Assembly (NCBI GenBank): GCA_964510405.1
Contig: CAZEAX010000002.1
Location: forward strand, 1-36,902
Source: an uncultured Streptomyces sp.
GTDB taxonomy: Bacteria; Pseudomonadota; Gammaproteobacteria; Burkholderiales; SG8-41
Length of the DNA stretch: 36,902 nucleotides
Direction of reading: 5' to 3'
The notes under the pieces were generated by a model that was given only the letters and a program-made list of their open reading frames with translations, had not been told where the DNA came from and ran no database searches. The first letter of the stretch is position 1; every line of letters begins with the position of its first letter. Below are positions 32,910 to 36,902 of this stretch, in pieces. Position numbers and translations under genes: made by a program.

Positions 32910-32918
32910 CCGCCTGCC

Positions 32919-34481
32919 ATGTCCGTCATCAAAGCCGCGCTCCTTAGCGTTTCCGACAAGACCGGGCTGGTCGAGTTTGCGCGCGGGCTCGCCGGCTTCG
33001 GCGTCGCGCTCTTGTCGACGGGCGGCACCGCAAAACTCCTGCGCGATAACGACATCGGCGTGACGGAGGTGTCCGATCACACCGGCTTCCCCGAAATGCT
33101 CGACGGCCGGGTCAAGACCCTGCATCCGAAAATTCACGGCGGCATACTCGCACGGCGCGATGTGCCCGCCCATGTCGGCGCGCTGAAAGACGCCGGGATC
33201 AGCACGATCGATCTGGTCGTCGTCAACCTCTATCCATTCAGTCAGGCGGTCGCGCGCGCGGATTGCACGCTCGAGGACGCGATCGAAAACATCGACATCG
33301 GCGGACCGGCGATGGTGCGCAGCGCGGCCAAGAACCACGCGCACGTGGCGGTCGTGACGGATCCCGCCGACTACGCCGGCATACTCGCCGAAATGCGCAC
33401 GGCCAATGGCGCGGTCGGCCAGACCACGCGCTTCCAGCTCGCGCAAAAAGCTTTCTCGCATACGGCCGCCTACGACGGCGCGATCAGCAATTATCTGACT
33501 GCGTTGGGCGCGGGCGGCGTGCGCACGGCTTTTCCGCAACGCCTGAACCTGAATTTCGAATTGACGCAGCAACTGCGTTACGGCGAGAACCCGCACCAGA
33601 GCGCCGCTTTCTACAAAGACCTCGACCCGGTGCCGGGCAGCCTTGCGCGCTATACGCAGCTGCAGGGCAAGGAACTTTCGTACAACAATATCGCCGACGC
33701 CGACGCCGCGTGGGAGTGCGTGAAATCGTTTGCGCAACCGGCTTGCGTGATCATCAAGCACGCCAATCCGTGCGGGGTCGCGGTCGCCGGCAATCCGCTC
33801 GACGCCTATCGCCTGGCTTTCTCCACGGATCCGACGTCGGCGTTCGGCGGCATCATCGCTTTCAACCGCGAGCTCGACGTGACCGCCGCCGCCGCGGTGG
33901 CGGCGCAATTCGTCGAAGTGCTGATCGCGCCGCAGGTGTCTGCCGCGGCGCGCGCGGCACTTGCCAAAAAAGAAAACGTGCGGGTGCTCGAAGTGCCGCT
34001 TGCCGCCGGCACCAATGCGTTCGAAATGAAGCGCGTCGGCGGCGGACTGCTCGTGCAGACGCCGGACAATTTCAATATCGCCGCGACCGATCTCAAAGTC
34101 GTGACGAAGATAAAGCCGACGCCGCAACAACAGGACGACCTGCTGTTCGCGTGGCGCGTCGCCAAGTTCGTGAAATCCAACGCGATCGTGTTTTGCGGCA
34201 ACGGCCGCACGCTGGGCGTCGGCGCAGGCCAGATGAGCCGCGTCGATTCGGCGCGCATCGCCGCGATCAAAGCGGAGCAGGCCAAGCTGTCGCTTGCCAA
34301 TTCCGTGGTGGCGTCGGATGCGTTTTTCCCGTTTCGCGACGGGCTCGATGTCGTCGCCGAGGCGGGCGCCATCGCAGTGATTCAGCCGGGCGGCAGCCTG
34401 CGTGACGAAGAAGTGATCGCGGCGGCAGACGAGCGCGGCATTGCGATGGTGTTTACCGGTCATCGCCATTTCCGGCACTAG
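32919..34481 (+). CDS. purH: bifunctional AICAR transformylase / IMP cyclohydrolase
   Basis: [22 protein letters not shown] is a typical PurH N-terminus (MGS-like domain), with C-terminal ..[17 protein letters not shown] trimmed the track TTG start (32865) to the ATG at 32919. Confidence 0.93.
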   Translation: MSVIKAALLSVSDKTGLVEFARGLAGFGVALLSTGGTAKLLRDNDIGVTEVSDHTGFPEMLDGRVKTLHPKIHGGILARRDVPAHVGALKDAGISTIDLVVVNLYPFSQAVARADCTLEDAIENIDIGGPAMVRSAAKNHAHVAVVTDPADYAGILAEMRTANGAVGQTTRFQLAQKAFSHTAAYDGAISNYLTALGAGGVRTAFPQRLNLNFELTQQLRYGENPHQSAAFYKDLDPVPGSLARYTQLQGKELSYNNIADADAAWECVKSFAQPACVIIKHANPCGVAVAGNPLDAYRLAFSTDPTSAFGGIIAFNRELDVTAAAAVAAQFVEVLIAPQVSAAARAALAKKENVRVLEVPLAAGTNAFEMKRVGGGLLVQTPDNFNIAATDLKVVTKIKPTPQQQDDLLFAWRVAKFVKSNAIVFCGNGRTLGVGAGQMSRVDSARIAAIKAEQAKLSLANSVVASDAFFPFRDGLDVVAEAGAIAVIQPGGSLRDEEVIAAADERGIAMVFTGHRHFRH

Positions 34482-34505
34482 AAGCGTGCGGCGGACCGTC
34501 CTGAC

Positions 34506-35783
34506 ATGAAATTGCTCGTGATCGGCGGCGGAGGCCGCGAACACGCGCTCGCGTGGAAGCTTGCGCAGTCGCCGCGCGTCTCCAAGGTCTTCGTCGCGCC
34601 GGGCAATGCCGGCACCGCGTTGGAAGACGGTGTCGAGAATGTCGAAATTGCCGATCATGCCGAGCTCATTGTGTTCGCAAAAAAAGAACAAATCGCATTG
34701 ACGGTCGTAGGCCCAGAAGCGCCGCTCGCCGCCGGCGTCGTCGATGCATTCCAGGCGGCGGGGCTCAAAATCTTCGGCCCGACGCAACGCGCGGCCCAAC
34801 TCGAAAGCTCGAAGGATTTCGCCAAGGCATTCATGCAGCGCTATCGCATACCGACCGCGGCCTACCAGACTTTTACCGACGCGCAGGCCGCGCACCGGTA
34901 TGTCGACGAGCGTGGCGCGCCGATCGTGATCAAGGCCGACGGTCTCGCCGCCGGCAAAGGGGTCGTCGTCGCCACGGCACTCAAGGAAGCGCACGACGCA
35001 ATCGACATGATGCTCATCGACAACAAGATGGGCGCTGCCGGTGCACGCGTCGTGATCGAAGATTTCCTCGACGGCGAGGAGGCGAGCTTCATCGTGATGG
35101 TCGACGGCCGTCACGCGTTGGCGCTGGCAACGAGCCAGGACCACAAGCGCCTGAAAGACGGCGACGTCGGGCCCAACACCGGCGGGATGGGCGCGTATTC
35201 CCCGGCGCCGGTGGTGACGCCCAGCGTGCATGCGAAAGTCATGCGCGAAATCATCAAGCCGGCGATTGCCGGCATGGAGCAGGACGGCGCGCCGTTCGTC
35301 GGATTTTTGTACGCGGGCCTGATGATAGGCAAGGACGGACAGGTGCGCGTGGTCGAATTCAACTGCCGGCTGGGCGACCCCGAAACGCAGCCGATCATCC
35401 TGCGCCTGAAAAGCGATCTCCTGACGCTGCTCGATCACGCGCTCGCCGGCACGCTCGACAAAGTCGAAGCCGAATGGGATACGCGCGCCGCGCTGGGCGT
35501 GGTGCTCGCAGCGCACGGTTATCCGGATGAACCGCGCAAAGGCGATGCGATCACGGGGTTGCCGGCGGCGGGCGACGATTACCACGTGTTTCACTCCGGC
35601 ACTGCGCTGAACGGCAAGGCGGTCGTCGCGAACGGCGGCCGCGTATTGTGCGTGACGGCACTTGGCCACAACGTCAAGACGGCGCAAAAGCGCGCCTACG
35701 AAATCGCCGAGCCGATCCGCTTCGACGGCATGCAGATGCGCCGCGACATCGGATACCGGGCGACACAGAATCAGCGGCGCTGA
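34506..35783 (+). CDS. purD: phosphoribosylamine-glycine ligase
   Basis: 425 aa starting MKLLVIGGGGREHALAWKL, with ATP-grasp motifs (IKADGLAAGKGV, EFNCRLGDPE). Confidence 0.95.
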   Translation: MKLLVIGGGGREHALAWKLAQSPRVSKVFVAPGNAGTALEDGVENVEIADHAELIVFAKKEQIALTVVGPEAPLAAGVVDAFQAAGLKIFGPTQRAAQLESSKDFAKAFMQRYRIPTAAYQTFTDAQAAHRYVDERGAPIVIKADGLAAGKGVVVATALKEAHDAIDMMLIDNKMGAAGARVVIEDFLDGEEASFIVMVDGRHALALATSQDHKRLKDGDVGPNTGGMGAYSPAPVVTPSVHAKVMREIIKPAIAGMEQDGAPFVGFLYAGLMIGKDGQVRVVEFNCRLGDPETQPIILRLKSDLLTLLDHALAGTLDKVEAEWDTRAALGVVLAAHGYPDEPRKGDAITGLPAAGDDYHVFHSGTALNGKAVVANGGRVLCVTALGHNVKTAQKRAYEIAEPIRFDGMQMRRDIGYRATQNQRR

Positions 35784-35808
35784 CGCGAGCAGACCCCGCG
35801 AGGGTGCA

Positions 35809-35817
35809 TGCTAGAAT
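35809..35817 (+). promoter_or_regulatory. candidate extended -10 promoter (TGcTAGAAT) for the downstream dehydrogenase
   Basis: TGCTAGAAT lies 26 nt after the purD stop and about 70 nt upstream of the dehydrogenase ATG. No convincing -35 is present. Confidence 0.3.
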
Positions 35818-35889
35818 GATTTTTCGATATGCCGTGCGCCGCAAGATCGTGTTGCATGGATCGCGCGCATCGTAAGAGGAGAATAATGC

Positions 35890-36902
35890 ATGGCAAACGC
35901 TAGCCCGGCAAAAAGCCTGACGGTTCCCGCCAGCATGAAGGCGTGGGTGCTCGGCGATCCGGATGAATTAAAGCTCGTCGACAAACCCGTGCCGCAACCC
36001 GGCGCTGCGGAAGTGCTGGTGCGCATCGACGCCATCGCGGTGTGCGCGACCGATCTCGAAATCATCCATAGCGGGCCGCCGGCGCTGATCCAGGGCGGCG
36101 ATCCGTTCAACAAGAATTTCACCCCGGGCCACGAATACATGGGGACCGTGGTCAAGCTCGGTCCGGGCGTCGACGAGTTCGAGATCGGCGACCGCGTGAC
36201 GGTGGAAATCCACGCCGGCTGCGGGCGCTGCGAACGGTGCCGCGAGGGCATGTATACCGCGTGCACGAACTACGGCATGAATTACGGCGACCGCAACAAG
36301 GGGCACCGTGCGAACGGCTTCACCACCGACGGCGGATTCGCGCAATTCGCGGTGAACAACATCAATACGATGGTGCACGTGCCCGACGACATGAGCGACG
36401 AGGAAGCGACACTCGTCGTCACCGCCGGCACCGCGATGTACGGCCTGGACGTGATGGGCGGCTTGATCGCGGGCCAGACGGTGGTCGTGATGGGTCCGGG
36501 CCCGATCGGCCTGATGGGCGTCGGTGTCGCCAAGGCGCTCGGCGCGCAGCCGGTCATCCTGACGGGCACGCGCGACAACCGGCTGGAGATCGGCAAAAAG
36601 CTCGGCGCCGACCATGTTATCAACGTGCGCAAGGAAGACGCCGTCGACGCTGTCAAACGCATTACGCACGGCAAGGGCGCGCACTACGTGCTTGAATGCT
36701 CGGGCGCGCCTGATGCGGTGAACGAAGCGGCGCGCATGTTGAACCGCGGCGGTCGCATTTGTCTAGCCGCATTTCCGCACGAGCCGGCGCTCGTCGATGT
36801 CGCGTATCTCGTGCGCAACAACATTTATCTCTTTGGCATCCGCGGCGAAGGCAAAAGCGCGACGCATCGTGCGGCCGCGTTCATGGCGCAGAAGCGCTTC
36901 GA
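35890..36902 (+). CDS. zinc-dependent medium-chain alcohol/polyol dehydrogenase, 3' end truncated by window edge
   Basis: Absent from the track because it runs off the window. My translation from the ATG at 35890 (GGAG 8 nt upstream) reads MANASPAKSLTVPASMKAWVLGDPDELKLVDKPVPQPGAAEVLVRIDAIAVCATDLEI.. It has catalytic-Zn motif GHEYMGTVV, structural-Zn cluster CGRCERCREGMYTAC and Rossmann motif VMGPGPIGL. Confidence 0.88.
   Translation, partial: MANASPAKSLTVPASMKAWVLGDPDELKLVDKPVPQPGAAEVLVRIDAIAVCATDLEIIHSGPPALIQGGDPFNKNFTPGHEYMGTVVKLGPGVDEFEIGDRVTVEIHAGCGRCERCREGMYTACTNYGMNYGDRNKGHRANGFTTDGGFAQFAVNNINTMVHVPDDMSDEEATLVVTAGTAMYGLDVMGGLIAGQTVVVMGPGPIGLMGVGVAKALGAQPVILTGTRDNRLEIGKKLGADHVINVRKEDAVDAVKRITHGKGAHYVLECSGAPDAVNEAARMLNRGGRICLAAFPHEPALVDVAYLVRNNIYLFGIRGEGKSATHRAAAFMAQKRF

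Noticed and set aside
32850-32918. A possible ZTP (pfl) riboswitch upstream of purH, a common location in Betaproteobacteria.
   Set aside because: CCCGCCTGCC superficially resembles the CCGCCUGGGC 3' element, but the GGG is missing. The 5' GGGUCGUGA/UGGCG pseudoknot domain is absent, and the spacer is better explained by a single long hairpin.
32586-35687. A 1033-aa uninterrupted minus-strand ORF spanning fis, purH and purD.
   Set aside because: It is a shadow ORF. fis (32607), purH (32919) and purD (34506) all start at coordinates divisible by 3. The antisense ORF is codon-aligned with them, so its stops could only arise from sense codons TTA, CTA or TCA. Those codons are evidently absent from these GC3-rich genes. 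Its product is an Arg/Ala/His/Asp-rich low-complexity string with no motifs, whereas the plus-strand genes have unmistakable signatures.

Overview
This window looks like a syntenic, housekeeping stretch of a roughly 60% GC chromosome with Betaproteobacteria-like gene order. I call 32 protein genes with almost no spare DNA. In order they are: gltB (cut by the left edge), a dGTPase-like gene, aroB, aroK and pilQPONM on the minus strand. These are divergent from PBP1a (mrcA) plus a small co-transcribed nucleotidyltransferase-like orphan. Next come hemB, engB, cytochrome c4, hemL-thiE-thiD, rubredoxin-gloA and rsmA-pdxA-surA-lptD. That block is divergent from amgK-murU-pepP-ubiH-dusB-fis-purH-purD and a Zn-dependent dehydrogenase (cut by the right edge). 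I found no rRNA or tRNA genes, CRISPR arrays, transposases, integrases, prophage genes or obvious defence or accessory islands. I do not see a convincing new multi-gene system. The signals the gene map does not explain are these. (1) A promoter-to-terminator unit in the hemB/engB spacer, antisense to both, that folds into hairpins with CU-rich anti-Shine-Dalgarno-like loops, so a candidate sRNA. (2) pdxA's conserved N-terminus lies upstream of any canonical start codon and in frame with the surA stop. (3) A sigma-54 type -24/-12 motif in the AT-rich pilM/mrcA divergent region. (4) A degenerate nucleotidyltransferase-fold orphan coupled to PBP1a. (5) A long imperfect hairpin between fis and purH. 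Many long ORFs in the supplied track are antisense or alternate-frame shadows of real genes in GC-rich DNA, and I rejected them. All functional calls come from my own reading of motifs and synteny; no database search was run.
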